64,000 nucleotides of DNA from Alphaproteobacteria bacterium (GTDB taxonomy: Bacteria > Pseudomonadota > Alphaproteobacteria > UBA2966): NCBI GenBank assembly GCA_964291395.2, contig OZ219856.1:288001-352000 (forward strand), in the 5' to 3' direction. The position numbers and the translations under genes were made by a program. Below, piece after piece: positions 45,078-56,370 of the stretch. Every line of letters starts with the position of its first letter. Position 1 is the first letter of the stretch. The notes beneath the pieces were generated by a model. That model had not been told where the DNA came from, searched no databases, and saw only the letters and a program-made list of their open reading frames with translations.

Positions 45078-45246
45078 CCTCTCTCGTCCGCGCCGTCGAC
45101 GACGTCGGCGCCTGGAATACATGTAAGGGTTCACTCGGAAAGACTTTGGTTTCCGGACCCGCGGGAAATCGAATGGCGCCGACCGGACCTCCCATCGCGA
45201 TACCTGATCCGGGACGCCCGATGCGCCCGGGCCGCGGCGAAGCCGG

Positions 45247-46479
45247 ATGACAGGCGCGCCGATCATCGTCATCGTCTGCGCCGGTTTGGTCCTGTTCATC
45301 TCGATCGGATTCCGGCAGACCTTCGGCCTGTTCCTGCCCCCCGTGGAGGCGGAATTCGGCTGGGGACGGGAGTCCTTCGGCTTCGCGATCGCCGTGCAAA
45401 ACCTGGTGTGGGGGATCTCCCAGCCCTTCGTCGGCGCACTCGCGGATCGCTTCGGTTCGGGCCGCGTCGTCGTCGGTGGGGCCATTCTCTACGTCCTGGG
45501 CCTCGTCGGGATGGCATCCTCGGAGACCGCCTTGATGTTCGCCCTGAGCAGCGGGCTCCTCGTCGGCCTCGCTCTCAGCGGCACGGGGTTCGCCGTCGTT
45601 CTCGGTGCCGTGGCGCGCGCCGCGCGACCGGAACGGCGCAGTTTCATGATGAGCGTGGCGGGCACGATCGGCGGATTTGGCCAACTCTTGATGATCCCCT
45701 ATGCGCAGGGCTTTATCGGCGGGTATGGCTGGATCGCCGCGTTGCTGGTGTTGGCCGCTACGGCGGCTCTGATCATTCCCCTTGCCGCGGCGCTTACGGG
45801 CCGGGTGTCGGCAGAGGAGCCCGACCGTGTCACGGAGCAGTCGTTCCGGGAAGCGCTGGCGGAAGCCCGCCAGAACAGTGGCTACTGGTTCCTGAACCTG
45901 GGCTTCTTCGTCTGCGGATTTCACATCGTGTTCATCCTCACGCACCTTCCGGCCTACCTCACGGACCAGGGCTTCGCCGCCGAGATGGGTGCCGTCGTTC
46001 TCATCGTGATCGCGCTGTTCAACATCCCCGGGGCCCTCATTCTGGGGCGGCTGGCGGACATCTACCGCAAGCGCTCCGTCCTCTGCATCCTGTATCTCGC
46101 CCGTGCCGGGTTTCTGGCCATGTTCGTGCTCATGCCGATGACGCCCACGACCATTATCTTGTTCGGCGCGGGATTTGGCCTGACGTGGCTCGCCACGATT
46201 CCCCTCACCAATGCCGTGGTGGCGCAGCTTTTCGGTGTCCGTTACGTCGCCACGTTGTTCGGCATCGCCTGGTTCATACATCAGTTGGGATCTTTTTTCG
46301 GTGCCTGGATGGGCGGCCTGATCTTTGATCTGCTGGGCAGCTACGATCTGGTCTGGTGGTTCACGGTCTGGCTCGGCGTGACGTCCGCGTTGCTGCACTG
46401 GCCGATCGAAGACCGGAGCGATGCCGTCGTGGAACGGGCGCGCACGAGAGCCGTTCCGGACGCTGGGTGGGGCCGTTAA
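45247..46479 (+). CDS. MFS transporter
   Basis: About 12 TM helices, GALADRFG motif A, HQLGSFFGAWMGG. Confidence 0.92.
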   Translation: MTGAPIIVIVCAGLVLFISIGFRQTFGLFLPPVEAEFGWGRESFGFAIAVQNLVWGISQPFVGALADRFGSGRVVVGGAILYVLGLVGMASSETALMFALSSGLLVGLALSGTGFAVVLGAVARAARPERRSFMMSVAGTIGGFGQLLMIPYAQGFIGGYGWIAALLVLAATAALIIPLAAALTGRVSAEEPDRVTEQSFREALAEARQNSGYWFLNLGFFVCGFHIVFILTHLPAYLTDQGFAAEMGAVVLIVIALFNIPGALILGRLADIYRKRSVLCILYLARAGFLAMFVLMPMTPTTIILFGAGFGLTWLATIPLTNAVVAQLFGVRYVATLFGIAWFIHQLGSFFGAWMGGLIFDLLGSYDLVWWFTVWLGVTSALLHWPIEDRSDAVVERARTRAVPDAGWGR

Positions 46480-46558
46480 CGCCCGGTGGCTCAATCCCTA
46501 TAATGCAAGGCGCGGCGCGGCGGGCGCCTGACACGACTCCCACCGGAGAGAGCTTTCC

Positions 46559-48013
46559 ATGAACCTCAAAGATCCTTCACTGTTTCGTCAACAGTGCTAC
46601 GTCGACGGCGCCTGGGTGGATGCCGACGACGGCGGCACCATTGAAGTCGATAACCCGGCGGACAACTCCGTCGTCGGCACCATCCCGAAGATGGGCGCCG
46701 CGGAAACCCGACGGGCCATCGAGGCCGCCAATGACGCCTATCCCGATTGGCGGGCGCGCACAGGCAAGGAACGCGCAGCGATCCTTCGCAAATGGTACGA
46801 GTTGGTCATGGAGAACCAGGAAGATCTCGCCGTCTTGATGACCACCGAGCAAGGCAAGCCTCTTGCCGAATCCATGGGTGAAATCGTTTACGGCGCCTCG
46901 TTCATCGAATGGTTCGCGGAAGAGGCCAAGCGCATATACGGAGATACGATTCCTCAGCACCAGCACGACAAACGCATCGTCGTGATCAAGGAGCCAGTCG
47001 GGGTCGTGGCCTCCATTACGCCGTGGAACTTCCCCAACGCCATGATCACGCGCAAGTGCGCGCCGGCGCTGGCGGCAGGTTGCACGGTCGTGGCCAAGCC
47101 GGCGACCCAGACGCCGTACTCGGCCTTCGCGCTTGCCGAGCTCGCAGAACGGGCGGGCATTCCGAAAGGCGTGCTGAACATCGTTAGCGGCGCCAGTTCG
47201 GAAATTGGCGGCGAAATGACGTCGAATCCGATCGTCCGTAAGCTGAGCTTCACCGGCTCGACGGAGATCGGCAAGCTCCTGATGGAACAGTGCGCGGGCA
47301 CCGTCAAAAAGATGTCCATGGAGCTGGGGGGCAATGCGCCGTTCATCGTCTTTGACGATGCGGATATCGATTCGGCCATTGTCGGCGCAATGCAGTCGAA
47401 GTATCGGAACGCGGGTCAGACGTGCGTCTGCGCCAACCGGATCTTCGCCCAGGACGGTATCTACGACCGGTTCACCGGGAAGCTGGCCGAGGCCTCGGCG
47501 GCACTGAAGGTCGGCAATGGCCTGGAAGAGGGCATCAGCACCGGTCCTCTGATCGATATCAGGGCCGTGGAAAAGGTCGAAAGCCACATCCAGGATGCCG
47601 TCGCCAAGGGCGCGCGGGTCGTTGTCGGCGGTGGCCGGCACTCGAACGGCGGCAACTTCTTCGAGCCGACCGTGCTCGCCGACGTCACGCCGGAGATGGT
47701 CGTCAGCAAAGAGGAGACCTTCGGACCACTCGCTCCGGTCTATCGTTTCGAGACCGACGAGGACGTGGTGAAGATGGCGAACGACACCGAATTCGGTTTG
47801 GCCGCCTATTTCTACACGCGCGACGTCGGCCGCGTCTGGAAGGTTGCCGAGCAACTGGAGTACGGCATCGTCGGCATCAATTCCGGCATCATCTCCACGG
47901 AGATCGCTCCCTTCGGCGGCATGAAGGAATCGGGTATCGGCCGCGAAGGCTCGAAGTACGGCATCGATGAATTCGTCGAGGTCAAATACCTGTGCATGGG
48001 TGATATCGCGTAG
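46559..48013 (+). CDS. gabD: NAD(P)-dependent succinate-semialdehyde dehydrogenase
   Basis: ITPWNFP, SFTGSTEIG, MELGGNAP, RNAGQTCVC, EETFGP. Confidence 0.93.
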   Translation: MNLKDPSLFRQQCYVDGAWVDADDGGTIEVDNPADNSVVGTIPKMGAAETRRAIEAANDAYPDWRARTGKERAAILRKWYELVMENQEDLAVLMTTEQGKPLAESMGEIVYGASFIEWFAEEAKRIYGDTIPQHQHDKRIVVIKEPVGVVASITPWNFPNAMITRKCAPALAAGCTVVAKPATQTPYSAFALAELAERAGIPKGVLNIVSGASSEIGGEMTSNPIVRKLSFTGSTEIGKLLMEQCAGTVKKMSMELGGNAPFIVFDDADIDSAIVGAMQSKYRNAGQTCVCANRIFAQDGIYDRFTGKLAEASAALKVGNGLEEGISTGPLIDIRAVEKVESHIQDAVAKGARVVVGGGRHSNGGNFFEPTVLADVTPEMVVSKEETFGPLAPVYRFETDEDVVKMANDTEFGLAAYFYTRDVGRVWKVAEQLEYGIVGINSGIISTEIAPFGGMKESGIGREGSKYGIDEFVEVKYLCMGDIA

Positions 48014-48153
48014 TCGCAACCCCATATAGTCGGACAAGCCGGGCGGGTTCCGGCGGAATCGTTTTGCTGCGATGCCCGGCCCCGCCCGTCCTTTGTTCGG
48101 TCGTGGTACTCCGTTCGGTACACGGCAACTCATGAAGAGAGAGAGGCGCCGGG

Positions 48154-49530
48154 ATGGCTACGTATGATTACGATCTGTTTGTGGTCGGGGCGGGCTCGGG
48201 AGGCGTGTCCGCAAGCCGCCGCGCGGCCGCATTCGGCGCCAAAGCCGTCATCTGCGAGGAGTATCGCGTCGGCGGCACCTGCGTTATTCGGGGCTGTGTT
48301 CCGAAGAAGCTGTTCACCTATGCCGCGCATTTCGCCGAGGACTTCGAGGACGCCGTCGGGTTCGGATGGGAGCAGGCTCGCCCGAACTTCGACTGGCCGA
48401 CCCTGATCGCCAACAAGGACACGGAAATCGACCGGCTCAACGGCATCTACATCCGGATGCTCAACAACGCCGGTGTCGACCTGATCGAGGACCGCGGGGT
48501 CCTGGTCGATCCTCACACCGTCGAAATCGGAGGAAAGACCGTCACCGCGGAGACGATCCTGATCGCCACCGGAGCCCGACCCTTCCGCCCGGAAATCCCC
48601 GGGATCGAACACACCGTCACGTCGAACGAGGCGTTCCATCTGGAGGAATTCCCGCGTCGTGCCGTGGTCGTGGGCGGTGGCTACATCGCCGTCGAATTCG
48701 CCGGCATTTTCAACGGCTTGGGCTCTCACGTGACGCAGCTGTATCGGGGTGAACAGATCCTCCGGGGATTCGACGACGACGTACGGACGGTACTGGCGCA
48801 GGAGATCTCCAAGAAGGGTGTCGACCTCCGGGTCGAGAGCCAAGTGGAACGGATCGACGCGTCAGGTCGACATTTGGAGGTGACTCTCGAGAGCGGCGAT
48901 ACCATCGCGGCCGACCTCGTGATGTACGCGACGGGCCGCAATCCCAACACGTCCGACATGGGACTGGAGGAGGTCGGTGTCGAATTGGACGGCAAGGGAG
49001 CCGTCAGGGTCGACCGGTATTCGAAGACCAGCGTTCCCAATATCTACGCCATCGGGGACGTGACCAACCGCATGAATCTGACTCCCGTGGCGATCAACGA
49101 AGGCCGGGCCTTCGCGGAGAACCTTTACGCGGGCCGGCCGCGTTTCCTCGATTACACGAACGTACCTCACGCCGTGTTTTCGAATCCGTCGGTGGGTGTC
49201 GCGGGTCTCAGCGAAGCACGGGCCCGTGAGCAGTACGAAGCCGTGGATATCTACAAGTCTATGTTCCGGCCCATGAAGCATACCCTTACGGGCCGGAACG
49301 AGCGGACCCTGATGAAGCTCGTGGTCGACGCTTCGACGGACAGGGTCGTCGGGGTGCACATGGTGGGTCCCGACGCCGCCGAGATCGTGCAGGGCATGGG
49401 GATTGCCCTCACCTGCGGAGCCACCAAGGCCCAGTTCGACGCGACGGTCGGTATTCATCCTTCCGCGGCGGAGGAATTCGTGACGATGCGCGAGAAGTTC
49501 ATGGAGTTCGAGGCCAAGGCGGCGGAATAA
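48154..49530 (+). CDS. gor: Glutathione-disulfide reductase
   Basis: GAGSGG, GGTCVIRGCVPKK, GGGYIAVE, GIHPSAAEE. Confidence 0.96.
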   Translation: MATYDYDLFVVGAGSGGVSASRRAAAFGAKAVICEEYRVGGTCVIRGCVPKKLFTYAAHFAEDFEDAVGFGWEQARPNFDWPTLIANKDTEIDRLNGIYIRMLNNAGVDLIEDRGVLVDPHTVEIGGKTVTAETILIATGARPFRPEIPGIEHTVTSNEAFHLEEFPRRAVVVGGGYIAVEFAGIFNGLGSHVTQLYRGEQILRGFDDDVRTVLAQEISKKGVDLRVESQVERIDASGRHLEVTLESGDTIAADLVMYATGRNPNTSDMGLEEVGVELDGKGAVRVDRYSKTSVPNIYAIGDVTNRMNLTPVAINEGRAFAENLYAGRPRFLDYTNVPHAVFSNPSVGVAGLSEARAREQYEAVDIYKSMFRPMKHTLTGRNERTLMKLVVDASTDRVVGVHMVGPDAAEIVQGMGIALTCGATKAQFDATVGIHPSAAEEFVTMREKFMEFEAKAAE

Positions 49531-49673
49531 TATGTCTGCCTGACCGCGCCGATTGCGCTTGGGGGTCGGACGAAAGGATCGTGCTTTAAGCCGGCGAGCC
49601 GCTCTAAGGAGTTGGCAATCGGGAGCGAACCGGCGTATACGCATATCCCTCTTACCGCGTGAGGAGTGGGGTC

Positions 49674-49922
49674 ATGCCCAGGGAACGGACGCCGGATAGC
49701 TGGCGCGGCCTACCGCTTCAGCGGCAGCCGGGCTGCCCGGATGCCGCGGTGCCGAAGGCTACCCTGGAACGGATACGACGCCTGCTGCCGCTCGTCCGCG
49801 CGGTTCGGCGGGGGGACCGCAAGAATGCGTCTCGGGCGCTGGAGTTGGTGTTTCCGATGGCCGATTCACTGAAGATACAGCGCGCCGATGGTCAGCCCCG
49901 GATCGTCGTCGAGGCGTCCTGA
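49674..49922 (+). CDS. Possible small hypothetical protein
   Basis: SD gaggag before ATG 49674; stop abuts the next gene's GTG; no recognisable motif. Confidence 0.4.
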   Translation: MPRERTPDSWRGLPLQRQPGCPDAAVPKATLERIRRLLPLVRAVRRGDRKNASRALELVFPMADSLKIQRADGQPRIVVEAS

Positions 49923-51101
49923 GTGTCATCCCCGGCGCAACATGACCGGCCGCCGCCGCCGAGCGACGCGAATATCGCTCGGCACACGGACCGGTATTTC
50001 CGGAAGTCGCGACGCACCGTCGCGAAGTTTGGAGACGTCCGCGTCACCTATGCCGTCTTCATGCGGCGTCCGGTCGTATTCACGCCCAGGTTCATGGTCG
50101 AATGGCTGGAGGATGTGGCCGCCGCTCGCGGTGCGGAATTCGATATCGATCTCCGCTTCGAGGAGGGAGAGCGCGTCGGTGCCGGCGAGCCGCTAGCCTA
50201 CGTGTCGGGCTCGATGCACGATCTCGTGGATCTCGAGACGCTCTACCTGCAGAAGCTCGGGGCGTCGTGCGTGGCGGCCTACAACGCCTACGTCATGTGC
50301 TGCGATCTTCCCAAGGTTGCCTTCATGGCCTTTGATGCCCGCCACTGCGCGGGGACCGAGATGGCCGAAATGATGGCCTACGCGGCAAGCGTAGGATCCC
50401 GCGCGGCCCAACAGGACGTGGGCGCCGTCGGTTTCGTCGGCTGCGCCGCGGATGCCACGGCGCACTATTTCAGCCGAAAGCGGGGTCTGGGCACGATGCC
50501 GCACGCCTTGATCGGCTACGCGGGTTCGACGCTGCGGGCCGCGCGAATGTTTCACGAAACCTACCCCGACGAACCGCTCTACGTGCTGGTCGACTATTTC
50601 GGCCGGGAGATCACGGATACTTTGGAGATCTGTAGGCACTTCCCCGAGCTGGCGGCCGACGGAAGGCTCGGCGTTCGCCTCGATACCCACGGAAGCCGAT
50701 TCGTGGAGGGACTGGATCCGGAACGTTCCTACGAGGTCTTGCAGCGTCACGACCCTTATGCCGTGAAGCAGTACCGGAACGAACAGGAGCTGCGATGGTT
50801 GCTCGGCACGGGAGTCTCGGCCGCTGCCATCTGCCACATGCGGCAGACTCTGGACGCCGCTGGGTATGCCGGGGTGAAGATCATCGCGAGTTCGGGCTTC
50901 AGCCCGGGCAAGTGTCGGGTCATGGCGAGTGTCAAAGCGCCGATCGACATGATCGGCACCGGCTCGTACTTGCCCGAAAACTGGCCGGAGACCTACGCCA
51001 CCGCGGATATCGTGGAGTACGACGGCGAGCCCAAGGTCAAAGTCGGTCGCGAGTTCCTGCTGAAGAACGCCAGGGGCCGTCCGGGCGATTCCAAAAGCTA
51101 G
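49923..51101 (+). CDS. Nicotinate phosphoribosyltransferase-like protein
   Basis: TDRYF, FDARH, GTMPHALIG, VLVDYF, GVRLDT, ASSGF, YATADIV. Confidence 0.85.
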   Translation: MSSPAQHDRPPPPSDANIARHTDRYFRKSRRTVAKFGDVRVTYAVFMRRPVVFTPRFMVEWLEDVAAARGAEFDIDLRFEEGERVGAGEPLAYVSGSMHDLVDLETLYLQKLGASCVAAYNAYVMCCDLPKVAFMAFDARHCAGTEMAEMMAYAASVGSRAAQQDVGAVGFVGCAADATAHYFSRKRGLGTMPHALIGYAGSTLRAARMFHETYPDEPLYVLVDYFGREITDTLEICRHFPELAADGRLGVRLDTHGSRFVEGLDPERSYEVLQRHDPYAVKQYRNEQELRWLLGTGVSAAAICHMRQTLDAAGYAGVKIIASSGFSPGKCRVMASVKAPIDMIGTGSYLPENWPETYATADIVEYDGEPKVKVGREFLLKNARGRPGDSKS

Positions 51102-51199
51102 AGCGTTCTGCGCGCCGAGTCACTTGGGCCCGGCCGTGGGATCCATGCCAATACCCTTCGCATCACGACGCAACGAGGGATGGACGGTGGAGCGTGGGC

Positions 51200-52216
51200 T
51201 CACTCCGGCTCGTACAACCGGATGAGCTTCTTGCCGAAATTGTGGCCTCGCATGAGTTCGATGAACTGTTCGGGCGCGTTCTCGATGCCGTCCGTGATGT
51301 CTTCCTTGTATTTCAGCTTGCCGTCCCGGACCCATTGGGCGAGCCGCGCGCGGCCCTCCTCGAACCTGGCCTGGAACGAGGTGACGATGAAGCCTTCCAT
51401 GCGTGCCTGATTGATCAACAGGTACCGCAGCACACTGGGGGCCGTCTGTGGCTGTTCGAGGTTGTACTGCGAGATCTGCCCGCAGATCACCACGCGGGCC
51501 CTGAGCGCGAGTCGGGGAATCACGGCATCGGTGATGGGGCCGCCGACGTTGTCGAAATAGACGTCGATCCGGTCCGGGCAGGCATCATCGAGAGCCGCGC
51601 CCATGTCCTCCGCCGTGCGGTGGTTGATGCCTTCGTCGAAGCCGAGTTCGTCCTTGATGTACGCGATCTTTTCGTCGGACCCGGCGATGCCGACGACCCG
51701 GCAGCCGTTGAGCCTGGCGATCTGCCCCACAACGGCGCCCACCGCCCCCGATGCGGCCGATACCACGACCGTGTCCCCGGGGACGGGCTTGCCGATCTCG
51801 AGAAAGCTGAAATAGGCCGTCAGGCCGGGCATGCCGAGGATACCGAGGGCCGTCGACTCGGGGATATCGGGGAACGGGACCTTCCGCACCGTATCGGGCC
51901 GCGCCAGTCCGTACTCCTGCCAGCCCAACCGTCCTTCGACCACGTCTCCGACGGCGAAGGCGTCGGTGTTGGTACGGACCACTTCGCCCACGACGCCTCC
52001 GACGATAACCTCGCCGATCGCCAACGGAGGCACATAGGATCGCGCGTCGTTCATCCGGCCGCGCATGTATGGGTCGAGAGACAGGTAGTGCGCCCGCACC
52101 AGCGCCTCGCCGGGACCGGGATCCTCAATGGGGGTATCGACGAGTTCGAAGTCGGACAACTCGGGATATCCCCTGGGCCGACTCTTGAGCACGATGCGCC
52201 GATGGACGTCCTGCAT
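51200..52216 (-). CDS. NADP-dependent oxidoreductase (CurA / prostaglandin reductase-like MDR)
   Basis: LSLDPYMRGRM, GMPGLTAY, AASGAVG, YFDNVGG, CGQISQYN. Confidence 0.93.
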   Translation of the reverse strand: MQDVHRRIVLKSRPRGYPELSDFELVDTPIEDPGPGEALVRAHYLSLDPYMRGRMNDARSYVPPLAIGEVIVGGVVGEVVRTNTDAFAVGDVVEGRLGWQEYGLARPDTVRKVPFPDIPESTALGILGMPGLTAYFSFLEIGKPVPGDTVVVSAASGAVGAVVGQIARLNGCRVVGIAGSDEKIAYIKDELGFDEGINHRTAEDMGAALDDACPDRIDVYFDNVGGPITDAVIPRLALRARVVICGQISQYNLEQPQTAPSVLRYLLINQARMEGFIVTSFQARFEEGRARLAQWVRDGKLKYKEDITDGIENAPEQFIELMRGHNFGKKLIRLYEPE

Positions 52217-52328
52217 ATTGGTCCTCCTTTCAGGGCCGGGCTTGCGTCCTTTATGGCGGTTGCTTCCGCCTCATACAAGCGATGGCCCGCGTATTGTGTG
52301 CGGCGACAGCCCGCGCTAAACATCCGCC

Positions 52329-53993
52329 ATGACCGACTGCCTGCGCGTTGCCATCGCCCAGTTGAACCCCACCATGGGGGATCTGGCCGGGAACCTGGCG
52401 CTGGTCAGAAAGGCGCGCGCCGAGGCTGCCGCCCAACACGCCGATCTCGTCGTGACGACGGAACTGGTGATGACCGGATATCCGCCGGAGGATCTGGTCC
52501 TCAGGCAGGCGTTTCAGGACGATGCGGCCCAGGCCGTGAGGGACCTGGCGTCGGACACGGGGGACGCGGGACCCGCGATCATCGTCGGCGTTCCGTGGCG
52601 GGTCGACGGCAGGCTCCATAATGCTGCGCTCCTTCTGGCCGACGGGGATGTCGCGGCGCAAGTGAACAAGTTCGATCTCCCGAACTACGGTGTGTTCGAC
52701 GAGAAACGCGTGTTCACGCCCGGCCCGGTCCCCGTTCCGGTCGAATGGCGGGGACACAGGCTCGGAGTCATGATCTGTGAAGACATGTGGACGCCGGTTC
52801 CCGCGAAAGCCCTGACGGCGGCCGGGGCCGAACAACTCATCGTCATCAACGGGTCACCTTACGAGCACGACAAGTCCGGCGAACGGCTCGCCCTGGCGCG
52901 GGAGCGGGTGCGGGAGACCGGGCTGCCATTGATCTATGCCAACCAGGTCGGCGGTCAGGATGAGATCGTCTTCGATGGCGCGTCGTTCGTCGTCAACGCG
53001 GACGGCGCCGTCGCCACCCGGTTGTCGTCGTGGCGTGAGGCGGTCGCCGTCACCGAATGGGAAATCAACGCGTCGAGCGGATGGACGTGTGTCGCCGGAA
53101 ATGTTTGCGACGTGGCCGACGGCCTTGAAGGCGTGTATCAGGCGATGGTTACGGGTCTCCGGGACTACGTACAAAAGAATCGGTTTCCCGGTGTGGTCTT
53201 GGGCCTTTCCGGTGGGATCGATTCAGCCTTGTCGGCGGCCGTCGCCGTCGATGCGCTGGGCGCGGAAAACGTACGCTGCGTGATGATGCCGTCGGTATTC
53301 ACCTCTCGCGAGAGCCTCGACGACGCCGCCGAATGCGCGGCGCTTCTCGGTGCGCAACTCGACGATGTGCCGATCGTTCCTGCCATAGAGGCCTGCGACG
53401 GCATGCTCGCGCGGCTGTTCGAAGGGAGAGAGCCCGACATCACGGAGGAGAACGTCCAGGCACGCATGCGGGGCGTACTCCTGATGGCGGTTTCCAACAA
53501 GTTCGGGCACATGGTGCTGACGACGGGCAACAAGTCGGAGATGTCCGTGGGCTACGCGACTCTCTACGGCGATATGTGCGGCGGCTATTCGGTGCTCAAG
53601 GACGTCTACAAGACCACCGTCTTCGCGCTCTCGCGCTGGCGCAACCAGCACGTGCCCGAAGGCGCGCTTGGGCCTTCGGGTCGCGTCATTCCGGAAAACA
53701 TCATCGTCAAGCCACCGACGGCAGAGCTGCGGCTCGACCAGAAGGACGAGGACTCGCTGCCGCCCTACGACGTGCTGGACGACATCCTGCGCTGTCTCGT
53801 GGAGGAGGAGATGGCCTTCGACAAGATCGTGGCCCGGGGGCACCCCGTGGACGTCGTGGCCCGCGTCGAGAACCTCCTCTACATCGCCGAGTACAAGCGC
53901 CGCCAGGCGCCGCCAGGCGTCAAGATCACGCGCAAGAACTTCGGGCGCGACCGCCGCTACCCGATCACGAACCGCTATCGGGACGCCCGATGA
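52329..53993 (+). CDS. nadE: Glutamine-dependent NAD+ synthetase
   Basis: Nitrilase domain (LPNYGVFDEKR, ICED) plus GLSGGIDS, TGNKSE, EYKRRQ. Confidence 0.96.
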   Translation: MTDCLRVAIAQLNPTMGDLAGNLALVRKARAEAAAQHADLVVTTELVMTGYPPEDLVLRQAFQDDAAQAVRDLASDTGDAGPAIIVGVPWRVDGRLHNAALLLADGDVAAQVNKFDLPNYGVFDEKRVFTPGPVPVPVEWRGHRLGVMICEDMWTPVPAKALTAAGAEQLIVINGSPYEHDKSGERLALARERVRETGLPLIYANQVGGQDEIVFDGASFVVNADGAVATRLSSWREAVAVTEWEINASSGWTCVAGNVCDVADGLEGVYQAMVTGLRDYVQKNRFPGVVLGLSGGIDSALSAAVAVDALGAENVRCVMMPSVFTSRESLDDAAECAALLGAQLDDVPIVPAIEACDGMLARLFEGREPDITEENVQARMRGVLLMAVSNKFGHMVLTTGNKSEMSVGYATLYGDMCGGYSVLKDVYKTTVFALSRWRNQHVPEGALGPSGRVIPENIIVKPPTAELRLDQKDEDSLPPYDVLDDILRCLVEEEMAFDKIVARGHPVDVVARVENLLYIAEYKRRQAPPGVKITRKNFGRDRRYPITNRYRDAR

Positions 53994-54109
53994 GGGGACC
54001 GGGACCGTGGACCGCCGGAGCGCAATCTGATACCCCTTGTTCCCCGCGACCGGACGATTCCGACTCGTAGGGTTGATTTTGGCGTCATTTCAATAAGTTA
54101 GGTCTGATC

Positions 54110-55459
<1,350 letters not shown>

Positions 55460-55503
55460 CGCCTGCTGATCCGGCGTTCGTCCAGCACGACCTCATCTCT
55501 GTC

Positions 55504-56274
55504 ATGGCGGGAACCGATCGGACCAAAGAGGCCGTTTTGGGCGGACTTGCGATCGTTCTCGTCGAGCCTCAGATGGGCGAGAACATCGGCACTGCCGCTC
55601 GCGCCATGCTGAATTTCGGCCTGACCGACTTGCGTCTGGTGCGCCCTCGGGATCCGTGGCCCAACGAGAAGGCCCGGGCGCCGGCGTCCCGTGCCGACGT
55701 CGTCATCGACGGCGCGCGCGTCTACCGCCAGACGACGGACGCGGTGGCAGAACTCCACCACGTCTACGCCACCACGGCCCGTCCCCGCGACATGCTGAAG
55801 CCGGTACTGACGCCGCGGGCCGCGATGGAAGCCGCGCGCCGGCACGTCGCGGCGGGGGAGACCTGCGGCATTCTCTTCGGACGCGAGAGGTCCGGCCTAC
55901 ACAACGAGGATATCGCCGTTTCCGAAGCCATCGTGGCGGTCCCGGTCAATCCGGCCTTCGCCTCGCTCAATCTCGCCCAGGCCGTGCTGATCCTGGGCTA
56001 CGAGTGGTTTCTCGCCGGCGACGACACGCCGGATCGCGACTTCCGCCATGGGGCCACGCGTCTCGCCACCCATGAGGAACTGATGGGCCTGTTCGAGCAC
56101 CTGGAAACGGAGCTGGACGCCGGCGGGTTCCTGTACCCGCCGGAAAAGCGCCCGGCGATGGTGCGCAACATCCGCAACATCTTCTCCCGGACCGGCCTCA
56201 TGGAGCAGGAGGTACGCACCCTGCGGGGCATCGTCAGTGCGTTGACGAGGCCGCGGCGTCGGGGGAATTCATAG
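55504..56274 (+). CDS. trmJ: TrmJ/LasT SPOUT RNA methyltransferase
   Basis: PQMGENIG, ARAMLNFG, FGRERSGL, SLNLAQAV. Confidence 0.88.
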   Translation: MAGTDRTKEAVLGGLAIVLVEPQMGENIGTAARAMLNFGLTDLRLVRPRDPWPNEKARAPASRADVVIDGARVYRQTTDAVAELHHVYATTARPRDMLKPVLTPRAAMEAARRHVAAGETCGILFGRERSGLHNEDIAVSEAIVAVPVNPAFASLNLAQAVLILGYEWFLAGDDTPDRDFRHGATRLATHEELMGLFEHLETELDAGGFLYPPEKRPAMVRNIRNIFSRTGLMEQEVRTLRGIVSALTRPRRRGNS

Positions 56275-56370
56275 GGTGGATGCCGCCGCGGTGTGGTCGA
56301 GTCCGGGTGTTGCCCGTGCTCGGGGTGATACGGAATACTTTGGCCAAACTGACTCAGGGGGAGGCGATCG

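Noticed and set aside
45040-45246. attTn7 site at the glmS 3' end
   Set aside because: The site sequence is present, but no Tn7 end or tns genes follow; it is unoccupied.
42003-45485. 1160-aa minus-strand ORF
   Set aside because: Antisense shadow of glmU/glmS, expected from high-GC codon bias; no motifs.
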